Shown: positions 50,765-64,000 of the stretch, piece after piece
How the letters are laid out: each line of letters begins with the position of its first letter
How positions within the stretch are numbered: position 1 is the stretch's first letter
Assembly: GCA_030704615.1 (NCBI GenBank)
Contig: CM060733.1
Coordinates: 72,168,001 to 72,232,000, forward strand
Direction: 5' to 3'
Source of the DNA: Takakia lepidozioides
Taxonomy: Eukaryota > Plantae > Bryophyta
DNA length: 64,000 nt
The notes under the pieces: generated by a model
The model's database searches: none
Seen by the model: only the letters and a program-made list of their open reading frames with translations
What the model was told of the DNA's origin: nothing
Position numbers and translations under genes: made by a program

Positions 50765-52039
50765 AACTGTTTAATTTCTTGAACTGCTTAAACTGTCTAA
50801 AAACTTCTTGAACTGCTTTAAACCGTCATTCCTTGATGTCACTCCTTGAGGTGGAGAGAAAAACAATTGATTTATGTAGGCACGCTCGCGTGGGAGTAGT
50901 GAACGCGCATGGAGAGATAATTGTGGCGTGAGTTAAGCGTACCTAAAAAGGGAAAAAACCCGGATGTGTTTTATCTTTCGGGGTTTTGTTTCTGAAAAAT
51001 TTGAGAGGCTTACCTTTACCTATCAGTTACTTACTTCCCTTCCCACCCCGTCATGTTTTGAAATAATATTCTGGACGAAAGCAAGAACTAGAAGCGGATT
51101 ATTTCTTTTGTTCCTCGTTGAAGAAATATCACCTCGTTACCATACAAGATTACCTGCTTGGAGGTTTACAAGGTGCAACGACCTTGTGATTGCATTGCCT
51201 CAATTATTGAGTCATCTGAGAGGCAGCAAAAAATATATCTATATATTTTCATGTCATTTATAAGATCTTGTAATAGTGATGTAATAATTTTGTTTCATGA
51301 TTGTTAGAAGCAAAAAAACCATCAAATTTGTATTTCTTTTTTCTAAATCTTACTTCTTCTTATTCTTGATATCCCAATATATTTTTCCATATGCTAAACC
51401 TAAAGCTTTGGATTTATGTTACGGGAAGTTACCACAACTAAGATACAAAAGAATTAGATTCTAATTTGGAGTTTAATCAGTTCATGTGCCGTTAAATCAG
51501 AATTATTGAACAATTATAATCATAAGATTCAAATATTCCAAGTGTTGGACAACGTCTTCTTTACTTGGTCTCTGTGATTCTGAGATGCACAGGTAGCGGT
51601 TCCTGTTTGTTTCTGAATGCCTCTAAAACCTGATTAAAACTACTTTCTGTGGGGGTTAGAAATTGGCAGACTGGTCCTTTCCCTTTTCTCTTGCATTGTT
51701 CAGACTGGTGTTTTGGTTGTTTGGGCAGTGGAGACATGTTTGGACACTGGCGGCCTGCTACTCTATCAATTATGTGACTGCTCCTTATGATTTGACCCTC
51801 ACCGACCTTGTAAGCTACAGGTTTACTACCTGCCTTTATCTTACTGCTTTTACTGATTGACTCAACCTTTGTTCTAGAATTGCCCCGTTGTTCATCACGG
51901 CCAGAGAGGGTGTATGAAGTTGATTCTATGCTAAACCTTCTGCTAATGTCAGGTTTATCTTCTGCTTACTTCTTAAGCCGGCTGGTTTTGCATGATATGT
52001 TGACAGTGAGGGCGAATACAGGTAATGTCTGTTGTATTC

Positions 52040-52500
52040 ATGATCTGCCCTCATCGACATGTATTGTAAATGTGGCAGCATATATGTGCAAACAGAGTGT
52101 TTGAAAAAATGGCTACACAAAATGGTGTGTCATGGAGTGCAATGATTGTAGGATATGCCCAACATGGGTTTGGTAAGGAGGCTTTGGAGACCTATGAGAA
52201 AATGATACAAGAAGTGGTGACACCGGACCAAGTCACGTTCATCTGCATTGTCAGTGCCTGTGCAAGCCTGGCAGCCCTAGAGAAGGGCAAAGTTGTCCAT
52301 GCTGACATTATGAAAGCCAGAATTGTGACAGATATTGTTGTGGATACTGCCTTGGTTGACTTGTATGCCAAATGCAGCAACATACAGGATGCCCGTCGTG
52401 TGTTTGAGAATATGGCTCAACGTAGTGTGGTCTCATGGAACACAATGATCACAGGATATGCCCAGCATAGTGTGGTAGGGAGGCTTTGGAGATCTATGCG
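52040..52500 (+). pseudogene. Isolated PLS-PPR fragment
   Basis: VSWSAMIVGYAQHG...VTFICIVSACASLAALEKG...DLYAKCS; no start and no E/DYW domain. Confidence 0.85.
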
Positions 52501-54120
52501 CATAGGACTGCCATAACTCTCCCCTATAGATAATGATTCCCATTTACGAGATTGGACTCCACTCTAGCTGGTCGCAAACTCCAATGCAGCCTTGACATTC
52601 ACAGAGATCCTCCTTTCTGTTTGCTTAGAAATCTAGAATGACATGCGAGGCGGGTTTGAATATTTTGCTTCATATGCAAAATCCAAAATTTGCTAAGACA
52701 ACGCCACAGGTTGAATGCCCTTCTGCCAAAACACATTGATAGTCAGACCAGACTTGATGGATAAAATGGACACTAGCTCCCCTGAATCAGCTGATGCATG
52801 GAAACATGCTTATCTGAAATGAATTGCCATCACAACGGATGCGGTAGTCTTGAGACCCAGGCAAATCCGGTGACCATATGAGTGTGGAACTTCTAAAGCC
52901 CTATAACAACCACTCCCAAAGAAGAGAACAAGCTTTATGCCAGCTGGTCACAAACCCGAGAGTGATAGAGAGTGGCGAATTGGGTTCCTGTACGTGTATT
53001 CATTTCGAGTTTGGGTAGTGAAAAACCACTCCAACCAACTGGTGATATCTCTACTTGCAAATGGAAATGGAACAAAAGCCTTCTGAACCCAAAACCCCAT
53101 ATTGAAAGGGATGCACATGAACATGCCAATGAAAGCAGTCTAAGACGCAATTGAAGTGTATGGGTTGCAGGGTGTCTTACCTACCGACAACATTATCTGG
53201 CCAACAATACTAGAGCTGCCACATACTTCTCTTACTAGATTGTTACACATTGTTCGTGTCATCTCTTCTCCTCCATGACAAGCTAAGATTTAACTGGTGG
53301 ATGCTCCATAGCCCGAGTACTTGGTAATGGGGTACTACCTCCTGGTCTTACATTCTTTGGGAAGAAGTGACAGCATATCCAAAAACTTCTCCTCTCAAAG
53401 CAAGTCCAAATTCTGCTGCAGCAGTCCAGTCAATGTTTCAAACACAAGCAACTTCGGCGCTGAGAAGTTTAGGGGCGACTCCAAAATTCTTACAGGGAAT
53501 CAAGTGACTTTTCAGGCAGGGGGCCTTTTGGGAAAGGAAAAGATGTATCAGGTGTTTCATTTCCAAGACAGGGTGTTGATATTGGCCCCTTCATGAGGAG
53601 GGGAAGGGGTTTTATTGGGGGACGAGACTGCGTTTGTGGTCCCTTAATTTCAGGTGGCTGGAGGGGGTTTATGAGTTTGGATCAGGGTTTAAATGTACTG
53701 AAAGACAGTGTTGATATCAAGGATGAGAGCTTCATGGCAAATTGCAAGGCTTTGGTGGAACATTGACTTACATTGACTAGGGATCGTTCAAATGGATGCA
53801 CATGTATCTCCGCTTGAAGACGTTTTTTTTTTTTTTTTTAAATTTAGATGTTTCAAGTTGGAGGGTAGCAATTTTGCACATATATTCTCAGGTCAATTAA
53901 AAAATTAAACTTTCATTCAAGCGAGGTTTACCTACCCGACGTGAATGCCATTGGCCTAAATAATAGCCCTTATCCCAGGAACATGTCTCTACCCACAGAT
54001 GTGGTCAAGAGTAAGTGAACTTATTTGGAGGACTGTCTTTCATATGAATGCGTGTGTTTGGCTTTACTTGTAGATGTCCATAATAGCTACTGTGACTGAC
54101 AGAAGTCAATGGACTTGGTT

Positions 54121-55719
54121 GGGCTTCCAATTGTCCTCCGTAACTGCAACCTTAAGTCCAGTGGGCTTAGAGGTAGAGGACGCGTCCAGCGGTTGCTATG
54201 TTGCAACCTCTTGAGCAGTACTTCCTGCCTGCTCAGTCAATGACAAGGCCTCATCCTGCCCCGTCATCTCATCCTCGAGGACTTCCTCAACCCAAGAAAA
54301 ATCCCCAACCTCATCCATCACCGCCGCCTTGGCTGCCTGCAACTCCCTCTGAACCTTGAGCACCTCCCACGTGCGCCATGGATGTCTGCACCCCGTGGTC
54401 CTCACCGGCTCGCCCCCACTCACTGCCTGTACCATCTCGGTAGGCAGAGAGACCATCAAGGGAAGTGCATTCTGCACTCTACGTTGCTCAGCCGTAGCCA
54501 AGCTGATAATCCAGGTCAAGCAATTGAGATCCATTGCTTGCCCCAACACCTGACGACGTGATGCCTCAGAAAGAGATGGCACCGCCGTGGTCCCAGTGGA
54601 AAAACCCATAGCCCGCTCGTGCTCGTCAGCATTAGGCTCTATTTACTGCTGCAACTGAGCATCCCACAGGAGGCCAGGTCCACTATCCCGGAAAGCATGC
54701 AATCCTAGAAAGCTGAGCAGTGTAGGTAGTGTTGCTCCTGGTCGACCCACCTTGTTGACCACTGCCAAAGGCGAACGGTCATCGTGTCTCACACGCTAAG
54801 ACTGCCTCCCTGTGTCCAAAATGCTATCCACTGTGAGGTGTGCTGGCCGCTGCACCCCATCAAATGCACGCTTGAGCAGTGCAGGTGGCATCAAGTTAGT
54901 CCACCATAGCCGTGGGCGATGAGCCCGTGACCCCACTGCAGCTGCATCCAGCAACACTGCTGACCCAAGCCACGACCGGACTTGATGCACACTGGCTATC
55001 ACCCTGGCCCGAGAATCGCCCATCAGTGGCACATTCTCCAAAATGTATGCCGGAGATATAGCTTGATGAAGCTGTAAGTGGCACAAAACTCGCATCATCT
55101 CCCAAAACAGACCCGACCTCGAGTCTCGCAATCCATTGTCATGCCTAGCTGAGAAATGCCTTTGGCAAAGCCAACTTGCCACTACCAAGTGGATGGAGCC
55201 AACCCGCTCCAAATCTTGCGCCCCCAGCAAAGAAATGTGTGCTGGTAATGTCTGCTGGTATCCACGAACTGCAGACACCAACAACAACTCAGGGTACTGC
55301 TGTACCAACTGGGCAACATGGCATAGGAAGATGCGTCGTGCAGTCTCATCCCTCTCCAAATACAAGTAACGCCGAACTCATACACCTGCCTGTAGCACAG
55401 CAGCCAATCCGGTGCTGATCCCGGCCAAACAAGTTGAGAAGACAAATGCCTTCATCCGGATACTGCCACACAATCGGTGTGGTATCCAATGGTGACAACT
55501 AAGGTGGTCCTGGTATAATTCCCGCACTCTCCTCCTCTCCTGATGGTACAAAAGCCTCTACCCAGGCTTGTTGCACCCGCCGAAAAGCAACCCGTTGCAA
55601 ATCTTTGCTCGTGCCCCACAGTGGGGTGTGAGCAATCATGACAGGCAATTCCGCCGTGCCATGCATGTCATCATGCTCTGCTGCAGGTGGCACATCCTCT
55701 CTATGGGCATTGCCCTCCA
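54121..55719 (-). mobile_element. Degenerate copy 3 of the DNMT retrotransposon, downstream part (DNMT and TAG region)
   Basis: Colinear with 44520-46115. Catalytic motif decayed to ASWLCQRH; truncated before RT. Confidence 0.92.
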
Positions 55720-56325
55720 CAACGACGCAATGGCGTGAGCGCGCGAGCGTACGCTCACGCCAGCTGACGTGGCGTGAGCCTACACACACGCTGACGTGGC
55801 GTGAGCGTCATGTCAGCATGTTGATGTGGCGGTAAATGATGACGTGGCACTATCCGTCATCTGCCACGTTAGCATTAACATGCGCCGCCTATAACCGTGG
55901 ATGGTCCTATGACCGTGGAATTAATGCAGGGAATCTTGCCTAAATAGAATCAAGACAAGCGTTGAGGCCTACAATTGCAGCATCCAACATTGTGCAATTA
56001 CAAATGCTTGTTTCACTTTTACAATTACGAGGACGAAAAAATATCCTCACAAAGTGTGCGCCATAAAGGCTGCCACGGGAAGACCTTCCTCCCTCCTCAA
56101 ATAACAATGAGAGTTAGGATCATCTTCAAAAGATGATTGTAGTGCATAGCGATAGCAAGACATGTAGACTTCAAACGGTGCAATGACAAATATGCACTAC
56201 CTAAAAGTTGTCACTCAGAGCTCACTCCGTATAGTTGGAGGCCATATCATTGCACCGCCGACGAATTGATGTGAATTACACATTTCAAATCATGGTCATC
56301 CACATACCACATTGCATAGTTGATG

Positions 56326-58830
56326 CTACCCATGTGTTGTATCCCGCTGCAAAAGAGTATCGACCTCGTTGAAACTCATAGTGGCCTGGTGAATGAAGTT
56401 GTCACGTTTGGGATCGCAAACCATCCTCTTCAAAAATATGAAATACAAATGTTTGTAGGGTATGAATTTACCTCTCTTGCACAAACTGGTTGATAGCATA
56501 TTCACAAAATCAGGACATGTGCAATTGGGGAAATTGGAAACCGTGATGTCGTAGGTCCTGTCATGAACAGCAGATGTGGAAGTGATGATTGTGAATACCC
56601 GACCATATCTTGGATCGGGTACTTCCGTGGTGCTTCCAACACGAGCTTGGAGCATTCTTGCGGACTCCACTTTGCCAAAGTGTTCAGTGGTTGGAGGGAA
56701 ACGCCGAACGAGCTTTCCATCTCGTTTGGTTGGCCACAAGTCAGGATTTGCCGGGGGGACCCGGGAGGACGCAGAAGTAGTAGCACATGCATGGAGTTGG
56801 GGTTGTCTCGCAAGGGAAAAACCTGCCTCCTCCAGCATTTCAATCTCCTGAAAGCTGAGATGTGTTCCCACCTTCACGGGCCAAACGGTTGGAGGAGATG
56901 GCTTCATCACTACGGAAGGACGCACAGTTCCATGCACACATCTGACACAATCATCTGCGCAGAACCAAAACTTGTGGTTCTTGGCTTCTGGTTGACCGTA
57001 TGGACGCATCAAGCCCGTGAAAGTCGGAGCAGGAGTTCGGGCACCACCTCTGGATATAGATGAAGTGCACTTCTCGAAATTAGTTGCCCTGATCGCTGTA
57101 CATTTCACACGAGACCCTACACTTGTGCGTTCTATGTGCCAAACGTGGTCAGGGCATGCGGACTCAAGCACATCAAGGGGGTTGTTTCTCTCCTGCACCA
57201 TTTCAGTGGCACTGTTTGATGCTGGAGCTTGCCGTCGTGTTGGAGGTTCCTCCACAATGGAGGTTCCGGACATGGAGCTGTCATGCAGGGGAACACGAGG
57301 CTTTGAGAAGTTATCACAGTCTGCCCTATGGGAATCTGAATCCGAACCAGGTGGAGTGTTCAATTTCCTCTTACAGGAGCCGAATCTCTCCTCCCCTTCA
57401 AGATGTGGAACTCTAGAAACAAGTGGCGTTCCCTGGGCATACATGCTCACCGCCCGTGCTATCTTGATTGGATCCCCAGATCTGTTTGTAGCACGCAACA
57501 TCAACTCCCATTTGTCCGGATCCTTGCCACCAACCCCACCTCGTAAGAAATCACGGTATCGGGTTTGTTGTTGCAAGGCACGTATCAAATCATCTGTTGT
57601 TGCCACATACAAATCCCGACCTCGTTTCCCAGACTGCTGCAACCATGCGTTGTGCACAGTTTCTGCCAAATTGCAAGATGGCATGTCCGCCATTTCCTCA
57701 ATGGACATGTTCTGCAAAGTGCAGAACCACACTTCAAAACAGTGAACAGAAAACAACATAAAGAAAGCAATGACACAATAAAATGGAAAGCAAATGTATG
57801 AAAAAGCAATAAATATAAGCCTCGTACCAATGGCATGGCTGCTCCCCACTGTCTATACCGGAAGTGCCAAAACGCCAGCCAATCTTCCAATGCTCTCATA
57901 CTCTCAAGTGATGCAGCTCCAGAAGAGAACCACCAGGCACGAATTGTCTGGAACAAAGTGTCCGCCTCCTTCATTGTTCTAGCATCTTTGTACTCTTTGC
58001 ACAATTTACGGTGCTGAGTCTGCATCTCTGGTTTGATGTTCGACTTTGTATGTTTTTCCAGAGATTGTGTCCAATGGAATAGACATGTACGCTCTCTTCC
58101 TCGCATTGGAACTTTTGGGTCGCCCGATCCAAAGACAATACGAACAGCATTGAAATTTGCTTGAGCACTATCCGCCATGAAACCTGCGAAATTTGGAGAT
58201 GGCAGCCCATGACACCTGCTTCAAAGATTCCCAATCAATTCCCCGCAACTCACTTTTGAATCCAGTCATTCCTCCCATCGCCCGCAATTTTGGAATGACA
58301 CTACAAATCTCTTCTTCATCAGCTTCTCCAACCACAGTAGGAAGGACTGGATTTGGAATTTCACTTATGTCATCATCGGAAGAATCCGAAAGCTCAACGA
58401 TTGGAGTGGAGGACGTCTGTTCTTATTTCACCACCACCTCCCTCTTGTCTTCAACGATCGAAGCAGCAGTCCCGGGCGTCACATATGACCCAAGGGACTT
58501 TCGCCGAGGCTCTCCAAGTACTCTGTATCGACCAGGACGCACTCTCCACTGGCTGATATGAGCCGTCTCATCACGGTTTTGGAAAGAGTATTTCAACAAC
58601 TTCCCTTTAAGATTGTACACCTCTTTCTCCAAAAAGATGGAGCCATTCTGCAGCTAAAAACAGGTAGCCAAGACATGTTCCAGAACAATTGCAAATCCAT
58701 TGTCAAGGACTTCCTGGGAGAACGGCACTGGTTTGTCGTCAGAGAAGAACTCCGCTTCAGATGAAGCCATCTTCCTTCCTCGCGTACGTTTGTACCTTGC
58801 TATCGCAGATCTACTGTGTAAATCGGTTTA
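56326..58830 (-). pseudogene. MULE-type transposase with C-terminal SWIM zinc finger; internal deletion at ~58217 and an intron at ~57715-57825
   Basis: GFMADSAQANFNAV...RERTCLFHW (D...CxxH), CNLAETVHN (catalytic E), YDITVSNFPNCTCPDF...PYKHLYFIF (SWIM). Confidence 0.8.
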
Positions 58831-59599
58831 CTGATGTCTCCAGAACACAGTTGAAGAATGAGCAGAGAATATGGCGGAGAAAGCTCAGACAACGACTGTG
58901 CATATTATGTTATTCTTTCCAGATATGCAGCCGTCCATTTTAATTACTTTTCTTGTGGGCCCAGTGGTCAGAGTATCCCTAGGAGCAGTGTCGGCAGTTA
59001 AAAAACCGTTAACCGAACTCATCAATAAACCCAATAACAAAGCCGACTTCCTGGAAGCATGCCACATGATCTGAGGATGGGATTGCAGATTAAGTAAATG
59101 TATCTTTATACTACTACCATGATCATGCGCACCTGGAAAGTTCCAAATGCGAAACGAATGTGGGGTGGCTAACAAGGATGACCGTGTTATGATATTCCAA
59201 GATTTGTCATCAAACTCTCGTTCATTTACATTTATTTGTGTAAGACTGTGTGCCAAGATTTCTGGTTCGCTGTTATTTTTAAATATTGAAACCGTTCTAA
59301 TAAAGAACACCGCCGTTTATTTTGGGCGACACACGTCAGACATCCATAACTGAATACGAACACTGTACACCAATTGCTGGCATGTGCACTAATAGGGAAC
59401 GACTATGTGTAACGGTCACGCGAGAGGGAATCCATATTTCTAGAGACAACGCAAGAACGCAGGCAATCCCGCAAGAAATCGGGAGTCCTGCGTTTTTCTA
59501 CTTTTCGCGCGCTTAGAGAGAGAGTGGTAGTCAAGCTGAGAGGGTTCCTTCTACAATACGAAGAGAAGAAAGTCTCTTTATTTTACTTCCCTTAGAGAG

Positions 59600-62338
59600 A
59601 GACGCAGAGCAAGAGCAAATGACGAGGCGTCGTTTGTTGGAGAACACAGGCCAAGGCAGCAGGTGAACGCGAAGACTGATTCAGAAGAGCAAACGGAGAC
59701 TGAGGCAGCGGCTGTGACACAGTCGGCGATAAGATGCCAGCCTGTGGAGGCAGAGATAATTTCGTAGGACACTGAAGGAGGTGAAGCACGCGGAACGCCG
59801 AACCGGGAGAAGGGTCTAGAAACCCTAGAGCAGACAGAAATTCCAGCAGATGTGAGAGGGAAGAGGAAAGTTGCAGAAGGGGATCCAATTTCAAAACCTA
59901 AGAAGGCGCCAGTAAGTTTTATCTAACTTACATTCATTGTTGAAGATATGCGTAGAGATTGAGTGGAATGTCCTAGACAGGGATTGTCGCTACCGACCAT
60001 CACAAAGGTGATTTGCTTCTACTCTCCTCTGCTAAGGGTTTACCGCACAATGAGTGGGTGACTATCGATACAGTCATTCACTGTTGTTCAGATCATACAG
60101 TCTGTCTGATTGTCTTTCAAGGAGTCCTTCCTCTTCCCTTCTTTTAGCAGGAACTACTGAATTGCGAGCGTCGTTAACGCCATTCGATTCTCCTCATGAG
60201 ATTTATGTACCTATGTGTTTGAAGAGAGAGTGAGGGTCGGCATACCGTCAATCATCGTTGTTCAGACCATACAGTCTGTCTGATTGCCTTTCAAGCAGTC
60301 CTTCCTCTTCCCATGCTGGCGACGGTAATCACAGTGGAGTCAATCTGAATAATCTTCACTTACTGTCCGCCCTAAACTATACTGAATGTCGTTGCCGCCA
60401 ATCATTTGCACATAGATGTCATTACACAACACCGATCCGGCAGGTCGTTATCTTTTGTGATTGTCGTTAACGCCGTTCGCTATCGCGCTCTCGCTTTTTT
60501 TTGAATACGGCAGTATCAGCTTTGCTTGTGTAGATTGTGCTGAATTGTTTCACACCATTCATAGTGAGTTTCTTTGAGACAGAGTGATGGTCGTTACCGA
60601 AGCCTAGCGATGTCGTTTCCAGGATCCAAAACCATTGCCTCCACAGCAACGTGCTTGTCTTTGTCTTTCGCACTATTTGCAAATTACTCAATCAGAACTG
60701 AATGGCATCATGCAGAAAACTGTGAGGTCGAAGCCTACAGGATCAGAGGGGAAAGGATCTGGAGATGGGGACGAGTCCGCAAAAAGCTCAGAGAATACAG
60801 ATGAAGCAGATGAATCTGAAGTGCACTACCTTGACAAGGTGAAAGAACTCATGTCATTCCAGAAGGTAAACTCTCAGGAAGTTATATGGGACATGCTCGT
60901 ATCTGGAGGGCGTCTGGACATCCCTCTGTGCCGGATGATATCAATGCCTGTTGTGCGTCCACCTCTTTCCCATGACATAACAAAATTGGAGAGTGATTTT
61001 GTGCATGGATATAGACTTGGTGCACAAGTTTTTTATGTGTCACTGACGGATATAAATGGGAAAAGCACATTAGTGTCTCCAGAGATCAGTGATAACTGGG
61101 ATGAGTGCTGGAAAGATGCCAATGAGGAGTTCGAGCTGGGCCTCATGATGGGAAAGAACACCCAGCAATTCTGCAACCACATGTTCTACGTCTGGGACGG
61201 CAACCACCGATTGCTGGCATGGATGGGATACATTCAGAAACTATGCACGACGTGAACAAGTAAGTCATCCAGGAGATTTCATTCCCTCTGTAGTGTCTTA
61301 TTAATCCTCAAAAAGCAGTGTTAAGGAATGCAATGTTTCCAATGTTTTTGCAGATCGACAGAGAAATCGCATGTGACAACAAGCTTGGTTCACACACTTT
61401 TCCGAATTCAGAGGATTGGTCTGATGAAGCTAGATGATTTTTGGACAGTACTACCACCCAATATCATCAAGAAGTGCGAAACAGGAAGAGCTGCAGGCAC
61501 TTGGTATTCTTTGACACGAGAGACGTTTCTGGAGTACATGTATGCGGTAAGCCCGAGTCTGTACTCTGTTTACTTTTCGAATACATGTTTGTAGTCCCTT
61601 CGGAGCTAATCACTACTTGAATCAATGCAGCAAGAACTGGCAGAGCAGCTGAGAAGGGAAAAATCCGAATATTACCGCACTACCCCAGAGGAACTAAGGA
61701 CATCAAAGGGTGTGGAAGCTGCAATAAAAGGAGTTTGAAATGCGAAGAACCAAATTGATGTCCGCCTTCGAAAGCAGCTTAGAATGGTAGATCCTGGACT
61801 TGGTCCTGAGTTCCTTCAGCAGATCAAAACACACTATGACAAGCATGTGCATCCGGAGATGCAGCAGGAGAAATTGCACCGGCTGGCCATATCGATGGTC
61901 GACCCACAAACAAAAATAAGGTGGCTGGAGATATGGAACTCAGATCAAACAGTAAAGGACTTGAATCAGTTCCCAAAGAGCACCATACAGCCTGGCACAA
62001 AGGTGGAAGGAATCAGTGATTTGGTGTTTGATAACTGGCTCCACAAGGCTACATTTTGAAGTTAGGTGTGTATTCAAACATGCCGTTTTCTTCTCTTCAA
62101 GTATGTGATGAGTATCTTATTGCAATTCTGACAAATATATTATTTGCAGCTCGAAAAGCGCGCCGTCATTGTACTGGATCAGACTTTGAAGGACCTGAAC
62201 ATTTCGATTGTTTCCCCTCCCCAAATGTCATTGGAGGCATACATAAGGAAGTGGAGAGGTCTCACCTGGAGATACTGTTTTTTCCGGGAGTTCTCCAAAG
62301 ATGGTAACATTTTACGGTCCAACGACTTTGATAGTTAG
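59600..62338 (+). pseudogene. Multi-exon accessory gene of the MULE-like element with a ParB/Srx-like domain
   Basis: IPLCRM...VVRP.LSHDITKLESDF...FYVWDGNHRLLAW. GT-AG introns at ~61260-61353 and ~61547-61630 link ORFs 60635-61255, 61328-61594, 61784-62059 and 62144-62338; degraded. Confidence 0.6.
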
Positions 62339-63316
62339 GTTGGAGGAGAGTGGGCCATGATGCAAGTTGTGTACAGGTGCAATGTCATACTTGAAACTCT
62401 ACTGCTTTTTTTGGGAAAAAATGTGGCTTCATAAGGATTGCAATCATAGATCCAGATTGAATGTCGTTGACAACATTCACTTCTTTGTCTGAGTCATTCT
62501 TAAGCGAGTATATGAATTCACCTGGTTAGGATCTAAGGGTGTAATTATAGTGTCCCTGATTAGAATTGATAATGTCCTTGAATGGCGTTGATGACATTCA
62601 CATCCGGAGTTGTTGAGAGGTCCTCAGAGTTATGTAAATTTTTGTAATGTCCATAGAGGTTACAGTGAGGGTTCCTCACTTCATATTGCTGAACGTCAAT
62701 GCAGACATTCAGTTATTCTGCATTGTTTTTGCCTCTTGCGAGGAATCTGGAGGCTTGATAAGCTCTGTTATGAGAAATCCAAAGTGAATGTCGTTGACGA
62801 CATTCACTTCTGTGTCTGTATTATTCAACAGCGACAATTTGAATTTACATGGATTGGGAGCTAAGTAATTGGTTCCTTGTTGGTATTGTTGTGAATGGCG
62901 TTGACGCCATTCACATACAGTGTTGTTGTGAGGTCCTCAGTGATATGTTCGTTATGAATGTGCATTGAGTTTTCCTGGAGGGTTCCTTACTCGAGTTTAT
63001 GATTTCCATCTTGTGATTTTGCTTCATTTGAGGAATAATTAGGCTTGATTAGTGAATGTCCATCCCTCATTCATCCTTCTACATTCATTTTTCACACTCA
63101 TCCATATGTTTATCATCCAACTGTACATTCATCCATCCTTTATTCAATGCCTTTTATTATGTCGTCCAGCTTGTTTCCGCGGTTAAGGGTGCCAATCCGC
63201 GGGAATACACTCCACTTCTTTCTGGGCGCGTGGTAACGCGGCCTTCATGTGTGATGACATGGAGTGAGCCCCGTGACGTGGCATTTGCACAAGGTGACGT
63301 GGCGTGAGCGCAGTTG

Positions 63317-64000
63317 TGCTCCCTCCAACAGCTCTCCAGGCCAACTCACTGCAGGTGAATGCTGCTAGTGTCGGCATCTTGCCCCGCTGGACAACCACAA
63401 CTCCCCCAATGAATATCACAGGGAGCTACACACGCCGGCCCTCCCCTAACTGCCATCCAGGCCTATAGGAGGCTGTCTCCTCCCAAAAATCCAGGGTGAA
63501 GCCCATGGGGTACAACACTGCCCTACCAACTATGACATCGTAAGAGACCGCATCTGTCACAATGGCCTTGGCTCTCATCACTGAGCCATCTGTTGGATGA
63601 TCCGGCTGTAGTCTGATAGCCAACTCATGCCGTGTCATGCCCCGAGCCTGCTCCGATCCTCCCATTGACGTCTGTATATGGAAAGGACAAGGCTCCATGT
63701 CCGCCTCCGTGAGGCCCAAGCTTGCATGCAGCTCTGCCCATCATCAGTGGCTGAGCTCCCGAGTCCAACAAGACTCGCAGTGGCTGGTATCTCTTGCATG
63801 CCGGTCCACTCAAATAGAAGATGTCATCCTGGTTGTCTAACATGACAACTTCAGGTGTCACCATGGCGCGCTCAATGGCTGGCCTAGCTGGCAGCTCCGC
63901 CAACCCGGCAGCTGCAGCTTGCCATGGCGCCGCCGTGGCAGTCTTGACCCTCAAATCCAAGGATCCCTTCGGCACTACACCTCCCACTATCTCCGCAGAA
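63317..64000 (-). mobile_element. Degenerate copy 3 of the DNMT retrotransposon, upstream part (protease); runs off the window
   Basis: LRVLLDSGAQP...DAVSYDVIVG; colinear with 46110-46793. Confidence 0.92.

Larger units (their letters stand above)
55720..63316. mobile_element. Mutator-like (MULE-SWIM) DNA transposon, ~7.6 kb, inserted in retrotransposon copy 3
   Basis: The host retroelement resumes at 63317. Termini caacgacgc / gcgcagttg; subterminal tgacgtggcgtgagc repeats; imperfect 9-bp TSD tgccctcca vs tgc[tc]cctcca; two divergent genes. Confidence 0.82.

Noticed and set aside
57017-57745. 242-aa + strand ORF inside the MULE
   Set aside because: It is the antisense shadow of the transposase frame.

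Overview
Eukaryotic nuclear DNA. The PLS-class PPR/DYW genes suggest a non-seed land plant, probably bryophyte-like; this is an inference. The window is a decaying cluster of duplicated and inverted PLS-PPR RNA-editing-factor genes and pseudogenes, with fragments of PPR4 and CTF8, interleaved with transposons. The main feature is a complete 10.27-kb Ty3/gypsy-type retrotransposon (40493-50764, minus strand, 4-bp TSD AACT, termini TGTC...GACA). It encodes Gag (2x CCHC)-protease-DNMT3-like C5 cytosine methyltransferase, then an in-frame UAG-CAA-CCA stop, then RT-RNase H-DDE integrase-PHD finger. Its ends are not two conventional LTRs but split (permuted) direct repeats, B...A-B-A in element orientation. 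The internal A/B junction is a perfect palindrome, GACA-GC-TGTC, made of the two element termini. A 17-bp self-complementary sequence sits where the tRNA PBS would be. Two more degenerate copies of the family are present: one is internally scrambled, and one is split by a Mutator-like element whose divergent second gene has a ParB/Srx-like DGNHR motif. All calls come from manual reading; no searches were run.
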